Assembly: GCF_001194135.2 (NCBI RefSeq)
Contig: NC_068981.1
Span: forward strand, 152,895,068-152,959,067
Length of the DNA: 64,000 nucleotides
Reading direction: 5' to 3'
Origin: Octopus bimaculoides
Lineage: Eukaryota
This document shows positions 63,001-64,000 of this stretch, one piece after another. Each line of letters starts with the position of its first letter. The first letter of the stretch is position 1. The notes beneath the pieces were generated by a model, which saw only the letters and a program-made list of their open reading frames with translations, searched no databases and was not told the origin of the DNA. Position numbers and translations under genes: made by a program.

Positions 63001-63729
63001 GTTTGCTCATGTCATATCACATGTTACAGTTGTAAACTATACATGTGGAGAGACCATTAGATAATGAAATCCATGCTTCATATCTGATGTATAATGACAT
63101 CCTGAATTGATAAACAGTACAAAACATGTCACTTTAGTTTAACATTTCCTAATGAGCTTCTAATTTGTACTCTTCTGAAAAACAGTGAAAACTGAACAAG
63201 AACCTACAATATCCTGGGTAAGAGAAACAAACCAAACAATTGAGTAGCAATGAACGAAGAAATTGATAAGAGAATGAAAAACATACATACACGCATTCAT
63301 ATATGTGCTGGTGCTACATCCCATGCCAGTGCCATGTCCCATGCCAATGTCACATTCTGTGCCAGTGCCGTTTTCTGTGCCGTTGTCACATAAAAGTGCC
63401 AGTACCACATAAAAACACCCAGCACACTCTGTAAAGTGGTTGGCATTAGGAAGGGCATCCAGCCATTGAAATCATGCCAAAACAGGCAAAAGCATGGGTA
63501 GCTCTCCAGCTGGTCAGCTCCTGTGAAACCATTCAACCCATACCAGCATGGAGAATGGATATTAAATGATGATGATGATGATTATATATATATATATGAA
63601 TTTTCATTTGATACAGTTTAAATAATGTAAACAATAATCAATACGACATGCTTAACGGATATGTGTTGTTATGTGGCTTCACACTGTTTGACACCACACA
63701 TACGTTAAGTATGCTATATCGATAATGTT

Positions 63730-63769
<40 letters not shown>

Positions 63770-63839
63770 GGTTTTATTTAACAGATCGTGCATATGAAAC
63801 TACTCAGTATGTGTAGTAAAATTTATGGATCTTTTTTAA

Positions 63840-64000
63840 AACGGGGGCCACATTTTTCATTAATGTTTTACGTAGTGTTTTTGGTACCGAAAGACTTTCA
63901 AACTTCGTATACTTATCTATTTTGTGTTATAGAACAGAAAAATACTTTTGTATTCGAATTTATTTCATGTAAAAAATTGTCTTATTTCGATAATTTCAAC
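63840..64000. repeat. start of a probable DNA-transposon-like repeat
   Basis: Abrupt CpG-retaining segment running off the window edge; no second TIR visible. Confidence 0.25.

Overview
AT-rich animal genomic DNA from a gapped draft assembly (six N gaps). The repeat families look like an octopus/coleoid cephalopod (inference from recalled SINE/LINE sequences, not a database search). Host genes, both on +: (1) a complete 22-exon TBC1D31/WDR67 orthologue, CDS 1158-46975, 2859 nt, 952 aa, all introns GT-AG with consistent phases; (2) the first two coding exons of a TBC1D13-like Rab-GAP (58732-60069) that continues beyond the window. Introns and the intergenic region are packed with mobile-element remnants: RTE-clade LINEs and their (GAT)n-tailed 3' ends, three tRNA-like SINE families, two Penelope-like fragments, a CRE-like RLE retrotransposon, and Tc1, hAT and piggyBac-type MITEs. 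The signals not explained by the ORF track are RNA-structural. There is a set of minimal type I hammerhead ribozyme motifs: four well-formed ones, all antisense to the host gene, one decayed sense copy, and three sites spaced about 270-290 nt apart in intron 1. There is also a 213-bp indel-free palindrome with strand-biased mismatches, and a Penelope GIY-YIG nuclease remnant split by an in-frame ~106-codon low-complexity insert. Most ORF-track entries are microsatellite, gap or SINE artefacts. No CRISPR, rRNA or tRNA gene was found.
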